IMG/VR virus record: IMGVR_UViG_3300045988_177631
Direction: 5' to 3' (one strand)
Origin: a virus
DNA: 39,491 nt
Shown here piece after piece: positions 1 to 8,709 of this stretch. The notes beneath the pieces were generated by a model. That model ran no database searches. It saw only the letters and a list, made by a program, of their open reading frames with translations, and was not told where the DNA came from. How positions within the stretch are numbered: position 1 is the stretch's first letter; the number at the start of each line of letters is the position of its first letter. Both the position numbers and the translations under genes were made by a program.

Positions 1-55
1 AGGAGACGAGTGAGGAAGTGCCTGACATCGAGGATACGGTGGCTGTGATCAAGAC
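1..55. repeat. 55-nt terminal direct repeat, exact copy of 39437..39491 (circular-contig overlap or terminal redundancy)
   Basis: Read directly: the window starts with aggagacgagtgaggaagtgcctgacatcgaggatacggtggctgtgatcaagac and ends with the same 55 nt. Confidence 0.95.
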
Positions 56-1400
56 GGAAGAGGTTGATCACGCCGGCCTGCCTCCGGGGTTGGCGGGGCA
101 GATGGTGTCGGATCTCGCCAACCACATCCGCGGCGAGATTCCGGTGGACTTCGCCTCTGGCGCCCTGCTGGCAGCTGTGTCCGGCCTGGCGGCTCGCAAC
201 TTCTCCAGCCCATCCGGTGACTCGTTCGGTATCACCAACCATGTCGTGCTGTGCGCCCCTCCGGGGTCTGGTAAAAACATCGCCAGCGTGATTGTTGGTC
301 TGTTCAGTGACACCAATCCAGATTGCGCCATGGCCGCGTCTGTGGTCGGCGGCCGTGCCGCTGTGGCCAAGATGCGGTCACAGGTCCCTGCGGGCGTGAT
401 CCACTGGTCCGAGATCGGTACCGACCTGGCTCGCTTGTCCACCGATCAATCCGGCTCGATTGGCTTGCGTCAGGTCATCCAGATGTTCGACCGGAGTCCG
501 TCGTCGCCCGCTGAGGCAGCCCTGACTCAGGTCGGCAGTCAGATCCCGCGTCACTACTACCTGTCGATGATCGCCGACACACAGCCGGCCTACATGGAGC
601 ACCTGCTGTCCTCGGATGCATCCGGGTCCGGCCTGCTGTCCCGACTGACGGTTGTCAACTGGTACGAAGGCATGCAGACGATCCGCGGGACCGGCACCCC
701 TCTGTCCGAATCGACCCTGTCGACGATCCGCAGGATCGCCATGCTGCAGGACCGTGTGGCCGGAAGCGATGCCCCGGCCTACCACCGCGTTCAAATGACC
801 AGAGAGGCCGAGCGCCTGATGCACGATCACGCCTCCAAGCGCGCTCGCCAGGCTGCTGCCTGGAGGCGGTCGGGTAAGCAAACCCTGGCCGATGCCGCTG
901 CCCGCGTCCACGCCCGCGTAGAGCGCCTGGCCACATCCGTGGCCATCATCAACAGCCAGACGAACCCAATGATCACGGAGAGCATCGCGACCTGGGCCAT
1001 CCGGTTTGTGGCCAAGCATCTGGAGGTAATGAAGCAGGACATCGCGCAGGCGGACAAGTCGACCAGCACGATCATCAGCGAGACCCTGCATCGCTGCATG
1101 ACCGATGCCGTCACCAACCCCGCCAGCGAGTTCACTCGCGGCCTGCGTCCTCAGGACATGCCGGTCGAGAATATGCTGCCAGCCTCGCTTGTCCAGACCA
1201 TCGTGGCTCGCAACCCAAAGCTGTCCCGCATCATCAAAAAAGCCGGCCAGGATGACCGCCTGATGATCAGTCGCGTGTTGTCAATCATGGAGCGTGACTA
1301 TGGCACGATCCATAAGGTGAAGCTTGGAAAACTTGGCGGGGGGCTTGGATACACGCTGATGACCCCCTACGACCCTGCAATGTACGGAACCACTGCCTGA
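3..1400 (+). CDS. Primase-polymerase/helicase fusion, C-terminal part (continuation of 38224..39491 across the circular junction); P-loop helicase-like domain
   Basis: ORF track 18..1400 is open upstream to nt 3 and is in frame with 38224 once the 55-nt overlap is removed. Walker A CAPPGSGKN. The joined protein is about 870 aa. Confidence 0.8.
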   Translation, partial: ETSEEVPDIEDTVAVIKTEEVDHAGLPPGLAGQMVSDLANHIRGEIPVDFASGALLAAVSGLAARNFSSPSGDSFGITNHVVLCAPPGSGKNIASVIVGLFSDTNPDCAMAASVVGGRAAVAKMRSQVPAGVIHWSEIGTDLARLSTDQSGSIGLRQVIQMFDRSPSSPAEAALTQVGSQIPRHYYLSMIADTQPAYMEHLLSSDASGSGLLSRLTVVNWYEGMQTIRGTGTPLSESTLSTIRRIAMLQDRVAGSDAPAYHRVQMTREAERLMHDHASKRARQAAAWRRSGKQTLADAAARVHARVERLATSVAIINSQTNPMITESIATWAIRFVAKHLEVMKQDIAQADKSTSTIISETLHRCMTDAVTNPASEFTRGLRPQDMPVENMLPASLVQTIVARNPKLSRIIKKAGQDDRLMISRVLSIMERDYGTIHKVKLGKLGGGLGYTLMTPYDPAMYGTTA

Positions 1401-1414
1401 CAAGGAGAAATGCA

Positions 1415-1825
1415 ATGGAAGCAACGAAGAAAAAGGCCGTGAATGGCCGCAACAAGGGCGCGGCCTTCGAGCGGCAGATCGCCAACGAGATCAAGGCGGT
1501 CACGGGGTTGGAGTGCAAGCGGTTGATTGAGCAGTACCGCAAGGGCTGCCTCCCCGGTGACCTCGAGGGGGCTGCCGTGGAGGGCTACGCCATCGAGTGC
1601 AAGCGGTACGCCAGGATCCAGCCAGCCCTCCTGGCCAAGTGGCGGGCACAAGCCCTCGCACAGGCGGGCGGACCGCACGAACCCGTGCTGATCTACAAAG
1701 CCGACCGCCAGCCCATCGTCGTCAACCGCTGGACGGACAAAACCGACCCTTCGTCGGTGTGGGAGCAATCCCTGCTTGACTTCCTCTTCGAGCTCAAGCA
1801 CAATGCATCCCATCGACAGCACTAG
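1415..1825 (+). CDS. PD-(D/E)xK nuclease, Holliday-junction-resolvase-like
   Basis: ORF track 136 aa. GAAFERQIANEI ... GDLEG ... IECK pattern typical of small PD-(D/E)xK resolvases. RBS aaggag upstream. Confidence 0.55.
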   Translation: MEATKKKAVNGRNKGAAFERQIANEIKAVTGLECKRLIEQYRKGCLPGDLEGAAVEGYAIECKRYARIQPALLAKWRAQALAQAGGPHEPVLIYKADRQPIVVNRWTDKTDPSSVWEQSLLDFLFELKHNASHRQH

Positions 1826-1884
1826 CGCGGTCGACACCAACGGCTCGGGTGGGTAAGACCCGAGCAACACCAAGGAGTCTCATC

Positions 1885-1986
1885 ATGGGAATCATACTGG
1901 CAGGCATCCAACTCACCTGCTTCGCAGCTCTCGCGTCAATCGCCCTGATTGTTGCGATCCGCTCAACCGATGACAAGGACGAATGA
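1885..1986 (+). CDS. Small membrane peptide (33 aa)
   Basis: Below ORF-track cutoff. aggag RBS 7 nt upstream of ATG. MGIILAGIQLTCFAALASIALIVAIRSTDDKDE contains one hydrophobic helix. Confidence 0.45.
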   Translation: MGIILAGIQLTCFAALASIALIVAIRSTDDKDE

Positions 1987-1989
1987 GTC

Positions 1990-2160
1990 ATGAAGATCGA
2001 ATGGATCACCTGCTCGACCCTGCTGGTCGAGATCGACGACCAAAAACGCATCTGGGAATGCGCTGACGCCCAAACGGCACTGAAACTGGCCATCGCCCTG
2101 AGGGCAACGGATGGCAGCATGCAAGCCGCCAACGCGGTCGTGAAGGAGTTCAAGAAATGA
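1990..2160 (+). CDS. Hypothetical small protein (56 aa)
   Basis: Below ORF-track cutoff. Fills the gap between genes on the coding strand. Its stop overlaps the next ATG (ATGA). Confidence 0.45.
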   Translation: MKIEWITCSTLLVEIDDQKRIWECADAQTALKLAIALRATDGSMQAANAVVKEFKK

Positions 2161-2510
2161 AAGTCTGGAATCGCGTCGAGTCATACGACCAACTGCCGAT
2201 GGCGGTGCGGGCGTCGGTGTCGGGCACACTGGCTGATTGGAGGTCCGAGGCCAACATCAAGCGCGGCTTTGGTCGCGTCTGGATCAGTCACTGCGGTGCA
2301 GCCTACGACCTGAGCGAGTTCCGTGGCGTCCCGCGCGGCACCGTACGGGCCATCTACTACACCCCGCGGAAGGAGGGTTGCGCTCACAAGCCGATCCTGA
2401 TCGTGTTCGACGGCGTGACCTATCAGGTGGATCCGATACCTGTGCGAGCCCCGATGGAGTTCCGCGCCGAGCGCCAATTGCTGGCACGGAACTACTTACT
2501 CCCCCTGTAG
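2157..2510 (+). CDS. Hypothetical protein
   Basis: ORF track 117 aa. Translationally coupled to the upstream ORF. No family recognised. Confidence 0.6.
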   Translation: MKVWNRVESYDQLPMAVRASVSGTLADWRSEANIKRGFGRVWISHCGAAYDLSEFRGVPRGTVRAIYYTPRKEGCAHKPILIVFDGVTYQVDPIPVRAPMEFRAERQLLARNYLLPL

Positions 2511-2524
2511 CCGATGAACGGGGC

Positions 2525-2553
2525 TTGACAGATCGAACGGCAAGCCCCATACT
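2525..2553 (+). promoter_or_regulatory. Sigma70-like early promoter TTGACA-N17-CATACT
   Basis: Hexamers and 17-nt spacer read directly. GAACGG lies 3 nt upstream of the -35. An 8-bp inverted repeat GGGGCTTG/CAAGCCCC brackets the -35. Confidence 0.55.
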
Positions 2554-2607
2554 GACTGCACTTTCACAACGCCGGCACAGCCCGGCAAAGCCTGGAGTTC
2601 AGGAATC

Positions 2608-3096
2608 ATGACTCAAATCATCGCATCACCGGCGGATCTGTTCGCAATCGCCCGCAGCCACAAACCCACAATCCTGATCGTTCTGCCTCACGCCTACGAG
2701 GCGGTTAAGTCCATTCGCAAGACGGGGGCTCAGTATCAGTTCATAAAGGCCGCCCCGTCAATCGCCGGCAAGATCGCCCTGCTGTCGCTCGAGGGTGCCG
2801 TAGAGACCGACGAGGATCTGGAGTTGTTTGAAACCCTCTCCCCGGCTTGTGGCATGAAAGATGGCCGTATCGTCAACACCACCGATCACACCCTCCCGTT
2901 CGATGACATCGAACTGATCTCGGATGAGCCGGATGTGCCAGCGTCGTACAGCACGGATGGCTACATCGTGCAGCGCGTCGACAATGAGTGGTACTACTAC
3001 GAAAACGTGGGCACGGCAGAGCAGGAGTTGGTGCTGAGCTACATCCACAGCCTGGCAACGCTGGCGGCAACCCTGAAATCGGAGCTGCCAAAATGA
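2608..3096 (+). CDS. Hypothetical acidic protein
   Basis: ORF track 162 aa. ggag RBS. Confidence 0.65.
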   Translation: MTQIIASPADLFAIARSHKPTILIVLPHAYEAVKSIRKTGAQYQFIKAAPSIAGKIALLSLEGAVETDEDLELFETLSPACGMKDGRIVNTTDHTLPFDDIELISDEPDVPASYSTDGYIVQRVDNEWYYYENVGTAEQELVLSYIHSLATLAATLKSELPK

Positions 3097-3440
3097 ACAA
3101 GGCAACCATCACCCGCGGCATCCGCGCCTACCGCGATCTGCTGGCCGAGATCGCCGAACGACAGGCCAGGGCCGACAAGATCCGTGAATGGCTGGCTGTG
3201 CATGCCGACCAGTTCGACGATGATGTAGACGGCCAGCGAGTCACCGTGAAGGCAGTCACGCGGGTCTCGGTTGACAGCCGGGCCCTCCGCGAGGCATCAT
3301 TGAACAACCCGGCCATCCTTGATGGCCTGTTGGCAACGTATTCGGTCCCCGCCAAGTACGAGCCGACGGAAGGGCAGAAGCAGTTCATCACAACTAGGCC
3401 GGCCCCGGCCGCAATCAAGTTTTACGAGGTGAAATCATGA
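3093..3440 (+). CDS. Hypothetical coiled-coil protein upstream of the Sak4-like gene
   Basis: Internal ATG of ORF 2988..3440 overlaps the upstream stop (ATGA). 115 aa. Confidence 0.6.
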   Translation: MNKATITRGIRAYRDLLAEIAERQARADKIREWLAVHADQFDDDVDGQRVTVKAVTRVSVDSRALREASLNNPAILDGLLATYSVPAKYEPTEGQKQFITTRPAPAAIKFYEVKS

Positions 3441-4114
3441 TCAAGACCACTGCATCCATCCAGCAATCCGCCAAGATCAACGCCCTGATCTACGGCGACT
3501 CGGGTGTTGGTAAGACCCGCCTGGCCCTGACGTGTGACCGACCACTGGTCATCAGTGCCGAGGGTGGCCTTCTCTCTCTGGCTGGCCACGACGTGCCCTA
3601 CATCGAGGTCAACGACATCAAGTCGGCCCGCGAGGCCGTCGGGTACGCCATCAAGCATGCCAGTGAGTACGGGACGATCATCTTCGACTCCCTGTCCGAG
3701 ATCGCCGAGATCGTGCTGGCCGACGCCCTGCAGAAGACCCCGGATCCGCGGAAGGCTTACCCGGAAGCCGAGGCAGCAGTCACACGGCTCATTCGCCAGC
3801 TGCGCGACCTGCCGTGCTCCGTGATCTGGATCGGCAAATCAACCGTCACCCAAGATGACATGGGGCGCCGCATCCACGCCCCCATGGTCCCGGGCTCGAA
3901 GTTCCAAGACAAGCTGCCGTACCTACTCGACCTCGTGGGACGCCTTGTGGTCGACACGGTAGCCAAAGAGGACGGTACGCAGCAGCTCCGCCGCACCCTG
4001 CGGTTCGTGTCTGACGGCTCTTTCACGGCCAAGGACCGCTCCGGCAAGCTGCCCGAACTGTGCCCGGCACACATCGGCAAGATCATCGAGCGGATCGGCC
4101 GTTCGTCGGAGTGA
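3437..4114 (+). CDS. Sak4-like RecA-fold ATPase (AAA_24 type) recombination protein
   Basis: ORF track 225 aa. Walker A GDSGVGKT near the N-terminus and Walker B IIFDS. Size and genomic context match Sak4. Confidence 0.7.
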   Translation: MIKTTASIQQSAKINALIYGDSGVGKTRLALTCDRPLVISAEGGLLSLAGHDVPYIEVNDIKSAREAVGYAIKHASEYGTIIFDSLSEIAEIVLADALQKTPDPRKAYPEAEAAVTRLIRQLRDLPCSVIWIGKSTVTQDDMGRRIHAPMVPGSKFQDKLPYLLDLVGRLVVDTVAKEDGTQQLRRTLRFVSDGSFTAKDRSGKLPELCPAHIGKIIERIGRSSE

Positions 4115-4124
4115 TGAACGGTAG

Positions 4125-4153
4125 TTGACATTGCCATGGTTGGGGCGTATAGT
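4125..4153 (+). promoter_or_regulatory. Sigma70-like promoter TTGACA-N17-TATAGT with a 9-bp inverted repeat around the -10
   Basis: Read directly. CCATGGTTG (4134-4142) and CAACCATGG (4156-4164) flank the -10. GAACGG lies 3 nt upstream of the -35. Confidence 0.6.
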
Positions 4154-4207
4154 TTCAACCATGGCGAGGGGCGCAAGGCCCCAAGCAAAACCCAAGGAAC
4201 CAAGATC

Positions 4208-4906
4208 ATGAAACGCACCATCCTCTCTCTGGCACTGACCTCCCTCCTGGCCGCCTGCGGCTCCGCCAGCAATCAGCAACCTGAAGCCCCGGTCACCCAG
4301 GTAGCGCAGCAAGAGCAGCAGCCTGCCTCCACGGAACTGCCTCCCACGGTTCTGGCTCCGACTGAGCAGGCCCCGGAGGTCAAGCCGGAGCCCCAGGTTG
4401 CCCCGCAACCGGAGCCCGTAGCCACGAAGATCAACGTCCAGAACGAGTCCGAGTACCTGGACCCAATGTCTGACACAACGGGCGTGCCGTTCGAGGCCCC
4501 CAAAGCCGAAGAAGAGCCGGTCCCCGAGTATCTGCTGAAGTTCCTCAACATGGGCGTCGCCCGCACTGTGGTCGAGTACCGGATGGTCGGTGAGAGCCTC
4601 AAGTTGGAACTGGCCGCCGAGATGGGGCACGGTGTGGATGCCTGGATCAAGAAGGACGTCGAGCGCTGCATCGCTGACACGGTCGAGACCTTCCGTCAGC
4701 AGACCGAGCTGAATATGGCTCAGTCTAGCGCCATGTGCCGCGGCCAGGCCTACGGCTACTGGGCCATCGTGAATGGCATCGCCGGCACGGAGGGCACCCC
4801 CCGTCAGTGCCTGGAGAAAGGCTACTGCGGCTTCATGTTCCGCCAGTATGACCTGACCGCCGATCCGGTCTTCCAACCGACGAACGGTCTTGACAGCGCC
4901 TTCTGA
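4208..4906 (+). CDS. Lipoprotein (moron-like), 232 aa
   Basis: Internal ATG of ORF 4136..4906. MKRTILSLALTSLLAAC has a lipobox LAAC, followed by a Pro/Gln/Glu-rich linker. Confidence 0.7.
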   Translation: MKRTILSLALTSLLAACGSASNQQPEAPVTQVAQQEQQPASTELPPTVLAPTEQAPEVKPEPQVAPQPEPVATKINVQNESEYLDPMSDTTGVPFEAPKAEEEPVPEYLLKFLNMGVARTVVEYRMVGESLKLELAAEMGHGVDAWIKKDVERCIADTVETFRQQTELNMAQSSAMCRGQAYGYWAIVNGIAGTEGTPRQCLEKGYCGFMFRQYDLTADPVFQPTNGLDSAF

Positions 4907-4918
4907 GCAGCGTATAGT
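4890..4918 (+). promoter_or_regulatory. Sigma70-like promoter TTGACA-N17-TATAGT
   Basis: Read directly. Shares 22 identical nt (4910-4931) with the 4145-4166 promoter/leader. Confidence 0.6.
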
Positions 4919-4977
4919 TTCAACCATGGCGGGGCAAAACCCTGCTCCACTCTCAACGAAATCAAGGAGTTGACACC

Positions 4978-5109
4978 ATGAACAACGGATCCGGCGGTAT
5001 CGCAGCAATCGCCATCGCCCTGACGGTCATCATGTTCGGAGGTGCTGAGTTCGGCCTTCTGGACGGGTTCAAAGACCTGGCAGAGCAAGTCATCAAAGCC
5101 ATCAAGTGA
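4978..5109 (+). CDS. Small membrane peptide (43 aa)
   Basis: Below ORF-track cutoff. aaggag RBS. The sequence MNNGSGGIAAIAIALTVIMFGG is hydrophobic. Confidence 0.5.
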   Translation: MNNGSGGIAAIAIALTVIMFGGAEFGLLDGFKDLAEQVIKAIK

Positions 5110-5123
5110 CCGACGAACGGTCC

Positions 5124-5152
5124 TTGACAAACAAGCAATAAAGCAGCACAAT
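5124..5152 (+). promoter_or_regulatory. Sigma70-like promoter TTGACA-N17-CACAAT
   Basis: Read directly. CGACGAACGG lies upstream of the -35, as at 4879. Confidence 0.5.
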
Positions 5153-5222
5153 ACACATCAGTGTCAATCACTGGGGTGGGTAGCCAAAGAGCCGAAACCC
5201 CAAACTCTCAAGGAGAAGTGCT

Positions 5223-5759
5223 ATGTCGTTCGTTTTCTGGTCCGAAGTCAACAGAGCCGACTTCCAAAACCAAGCCGCCGCCGAGAATGAGTCCGTCAGT
5301 AGCGGGTTCAAGAAGTTCGAGGAGTCGGGTGAGTATGACGTAACAATCAAGAACGCCGAAATGCGTCAAACCAAAGCCGGCGATCAGAAGCTGACGCTGC
5401 GTGTGCAGGCTGACAGTGGTGAGAGTGGCTTCTGGGACCTGTTGGTCGGCCATGGTGGGGGCACTAGCCAGGCCGCCAAGATTGCCAGACAGTCCCTGGC
5501 CCTGATCTTGAAGTACAGCGGAGCGCAGGCCTCGAGCCCGGATGATCTGATCAACCTCCGTGTGAAGGTCTGGGTCAAGATGGAAGAGCGAGACGGTTAC
5601 AGCCCGAGCCCGCGATTCCGTCCGATCGGGACGGTGAGTGGCGCCACAACCTTCCCCGTCAAGGCTGCTTGGATGACTGCGCCGAACATGGAAGGCCCGA
5701 CCCCGAAACAGAAGCCGACCCCGGACTTCAGCAAGGAAGACGACGACATCCCGTTCTGA
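5223..5759 (+). CDS. ssb: Single-stranded DNA-binding protein (phage type)
   Basis: ORF track 178 aa. The C-terminus DDDIPF is identical to the bacterial SSB acidic tip. Lies in the Sak4/exonuclease module. Confidence 0.7.
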   Translation: MSFVFWSEVNRADFQNQAAAENESVSSGFKKFEESGEYDVTIKNAEMRQTKAGDQKLTLRVQADSGESGFWDLLVGHGGGTSQAAKIARQSLALILKYSGAQASSPDDLINLRVKVWVKMEERDGYSPSPRFRPIGTVSGATTFPVKAAWMTAPNMEGPTPKQKPTPDFSKEDDDIPF

Positions 5760-5774
5760 TAGGAGTGCGGCCAG

Positions 5775-6002
5775 ATGTTTAACGATGACACTCTGGCCGC
5801 CATTGAGGCGGCCAGGATACGGTCCCGGTCCCGACTGATCGCGGAAGGCAGGACCACAGACGGCTACTTCGCCGTCTATCAGACCCCGGAGGACTCCTAT
5901 CCGACGGTCATGAGACACAAAGCCACCATCGGGGTAGACTACTGGTTCACCAAGTCGGCAGCCCTGATCCATGTGGCAGAGTACATCAAGCACTACGCGT
6001 AA
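5775..6002 (+). CDS. Hypothetical protein
   Basis: ORF track 75 aa. aggag RBS. Confidence 0.55.
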   Translation: MFNDDTLAAIEAARIRSRSRLIAEGRTTDGYFAVYQTPEDSYPTVMRHKATIGVDYWFTKSAALIHVAEYIKHYA

Positions 6003-6010
6003 CAACCACC

Positions 6011-6037
6011 GCCCCGGCAAGCCGGGGCTTCTCGTTT
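6011..6037 (+). terminator. Candidate intrinsic terminator
   Basis: GCCCCGGC/GCCGGGGC stem followed by the T-rich cttctcgtttc. Confidence 0.45.
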
Positions 6038-6046
6038 CAAGGGGGC

Positions 6047-6910
6047 ATGATCATGTTTGACGAGTTCCTGGCGCCGCAACCACAACGTTGCCGAGACATC
6101 GAGGAGAGGATTGACTTAGCCGTGGCCGCCGACCCGGCTGCCTGGCGCCGAGCACAGGCGGGGTGGCTGGAGCGCTGCACCGACTGGAGGGACGAGGTTA
6201 ACCGTGAGCGAAAGCACCTGGGCGCCAGTGCGATCGGCAAGGAGTGTCCTCGGGGCGTTGCGCTGTCATACCGCGGGGCTAGCCCAAACGCCGCCGCGAA
6301 CGGTCGGATGGTCCGACTCTTCAACCGCGGCCACATGGAGGAGGCTCGGCTGGCGGCCTGCCTGCAGGTGGCTGGCTTCCAGATCAAGCTGATCTCAAAG
6401 GACGGCGGGCAGATCTCCTACAAGACCGGCGACCTGAAAGGCTCTGTGGACGGCGTGATCCGACTGGACGATGGCTCCTTGGCCGTGCTCGAGTTCAAGA
6501 CCATGAACCGCAAGGCCTGGGACAAACTCGAGAAGGGTGGCCAAATCAAGCCCGAGCACCTGACTCAGATGCAGTGCGGCATGCACGGCCTCGGGCTGAA
6601 GAAGGCCTTGTATCTGGCCTCATGCAAGGACACGGACGCCATCCAGGTGTACGTCGTGGAGTACTCAGGAGAGCCGGTGGAGTCCCTTAACCTGGCAACC
6701 GACATCACTCACGGCTTGATCCCTCCGAAGTTAGTGGACACCGACTACCGCTGCAAGTTCTGCGATCACAAGGCCTTCTGTCATGGTGGCGCGGACCCGG
6801 TAGCCTCGTGTCGCACCTGCGTTCACGCGTCGTTCGGCGGCAACGGTGTGGTGACGTGCGGCATTGGCACCGGCGACTCTCTGTGTCACAATTACGCCCC
6901 AATCAAGTAA
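6047..6910 (+). CDS. Cas4/RecB-family PD-(D/E)xK exonuclease with Fe-S cysteine cluster
   Basis: ORF track 287 aa. D...LEFKT nuclease core, an N-terminal Cys (GKECPRG) and a C-terminal C-x2-C-x5-C (CKFCDHKAFC). Confidence 0.7.
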   Translation: MIMFDEFLAPQPQRCRDIEERIDLAVAADPAAWRRAQAGWLERCTDWRDEVNRERKHLGASAIGKECPRGVALSYRGASPNAAANGRMVRLFNRGHMEEARLAACLQVAGFQIKLISKDGGQISYKTGDLKGSVDGVIRLDDGSLAVLEFKTMNRKAWDKLEKGGQIKPEHLTQMQCGMHGLGLKKALYLASCKDTDAIQVYVVEYSGEPVESLNLATDITHGLIPPKLVDTDYRCKFCDHKAFCHGGADPVASCRTCVHASFGGNGVVTCGIGTGDSLCHNYAPIK

Positions 6911-6927
6911 GGAGGTGGGCATTCATC

Positions 6928-8697
6928 ATGGAATTGCGCTGGTATCAACAAGAGGCAATCGATGCCATCCGCAGCTACACCGGTCGGGCTGGCATCATCA
7001 ACCTGCCCACGGGGGCGGGCAAGAGCATCGTCATCGCCCACGCCGTGGCTGACACGCTGGGGCACGGTGGTCGGGCCCTGGTCGCCATCCACAACGGCGA
7101 TCTAGTCCGTCAGAACGGGGCTGCCATTGAGCGGCTGCTGGGGCAGCCTGTCGGCATTGTGTCAGCCTCTGTCGGTCAAAAGAACTGGGCGAGGCAGGCT
7201 GTTACCTGCTCCATTGGGTCGGCATTCCGCCACGCTGGCGCGGCGGGGCGGTTCGATCGCGTCATTATTGACGAGTGCCACCTGGTTTCGGCCGATCCGA
7301 AGACGATGTACGGACAACTGCTGGCTGCCATTCGTAAGACGAATCCAGATATCCAGCTGATCGGCCTGTCGGCCACTCCATGGCGGATGGACGGCCCCTT
7401 GATCGGCGCCGGTGTGTTCGATGACGAGATCTACTCGGCCGGCACCACCAAGGCTTTCGCTCGCCTGCTGAACGACGGCTACCTGTCGCCTCTGGTGGCT
7501 GGCCCCGTATCCGTCATCAACATGGAGGGCGTCAGGCTGGCGACCAACGGAGACTACTCCGAGGGTGATGCCTCGCACAGGGTTGAGCCGCTGCTGCCCG
7601 AACTGGTGCCGCAGATGCTGAAGGATTCGGAGGGGAGGAAGAAGGGCATCGTGTTTGCCCCCACGGTCCGGTGTGCGGAGATGATCGTGGAGCTGCTCAG
7701 GGGGTTGGGTGAATCCTGCGCCATCGTGACCGGCGAGACCCCGAGGGATGAGCGAAAGACCGTGATTGACGCCTTCCGGAACCAGAACGCCTTCCGCTGG
7801 ATGGTCAGCGTCTCGGCTCTCACGACCGGGTTCGATGTGCCCGACATCGATGTGCTAGCCTGCTTCCGGCCAACGAAGTCCTCGGCCCTCTGGGTCCAGA
7901 TCCTCGGGCGCGGCACCCGTGTCCACCCGGACAAGGTGGACTGCCTGGTGCTGGACTACACGGACAATGCCGGGCGCTGCGGCCCGATCGACGATCCGCG
8001 GATCCCGGGCCGCAAGATCAAGGGCGCCGGAGAGGCCATCAAGAAGTACTGCCCCGTGTGCGAGAGGGCCTGCCACGCCTCGGCATGGGTGTGCAGTGTC
8101 TGCGGCCACGAGTTCCCGGTCCAGACCAAGTCCGAGCACGTGCTGGCCAACGCCGAACCACCGATGACCGTGCACGCCGCCCGCACGATGACGGGCGCCA
8201 CCCCTTGCCTGCTACCAACGACCCGCCAAGCCCGCATCGTTATTGACAAGAATGGCCGCCAGTGGTGCCGGGTCAGCTGGACCGACAAGATCAGCCTCCT
8301 TGTCACGGACAAGTGGGCAGCGAAGCTGGGCATCCCGTGGGGGCAGGCCGAAGCTATGACAAACCACGTCATGGCCAACGGAACAAAAACCGTCGTGGCC
8401 ATGATCGACACATCGTCTCAGTACGCCAAGCTGTCAATCCCCCGGGAAGCGCCGCTTGTCCGCGACGTGTGGTGGCCTGTCACGACCACCAGCCAGCTCC
8501 GCGGCATCATGCGCAGACTGGTTTTAGGGGTCGACATGGACCAAGTGATCATGACCCGTGCATGCACGGCGGCGGGCGTCGGCTGCCAGTACGGCCACCT
8601 TCTCCCCATGCTGGCGTCGATCATCCGGGGTAAAATTGACGGAGATGTAACAATCGAGACCTTCGACCAATGGGTCTCTTCCCTCGAGAATCGTTAA
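6928..8697 (+). CDS. SF2 DEAD/DEAH-type DNA helicase with C-terminal zinc ribbon
   Basis: Internal ATG after a ggagg RBS. WYQQEAI, PTGAGKS, DECH, SATP and GRGTR motifs. CPVC...CSVC zinc ribbon. 589 aa. Confidence 0.8.
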   Translation: MELRWYQQEAIDAIRSYTGRAGIINLPTGAGKSIVIAHAVADTLGHGGRALVAIHNGDLVRQNGAAIERLLGQPVGIVSASVGQKNWARQAVTCSIGSAFRHAGAAGRFDRVIIDECHLVSADPKTMYGQLLAAIRKTNPDIQLIGLSATPWRMDGPLIGAGVFDDEIYSAGTTKAFARLLNDGYLSPLVAGPVSVINMEGVRLATNGDYSEGDASHRVEPLLPELVPQMLKDSEGRKKGIVFAPTVRCAEMIVELLRGLGESCAIVTGETPRDERKTVIDAFRNQNAFRWMVSVSALTTGFDVPDIDVLACFRPTKSSALWVQILGRGTRVHPDKVDCLVLDYTDNAGRCGPIDDPRIPGRKIKGAGEAIKKYCPVCERACHASAWVCSVCGHEFPVQTKSEHVLANAEPPMTVHAARTMTGATPCLLPTTRQARIVIDKNGRQWCRVSWTDKISLLVTDKWAAKLGIPWGQAEAMTNHVMANGTKTVVAMIDTSSQYAKLSIPREAPLVRDVWWPVTTTSQLRGIMRRLVLGVDMDQVIMTRACTAAGVGCQYGHLLPMLASIIRGKIDGDVTIETFDQWVSSLENR

Positions 8698-8709
8698 AGG
8701 ACGCAACCA

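Noticed and set aside
6808-6927. Upstream extension of the helicase ORF (ORF-track start at 6808)
   Set aside because: The extension overlaps the Cas4-like gene and encodes Arg-rich junk. ATG 6928 follows a strong taaggagg RBS, and the helicase motif I region begins right after it.
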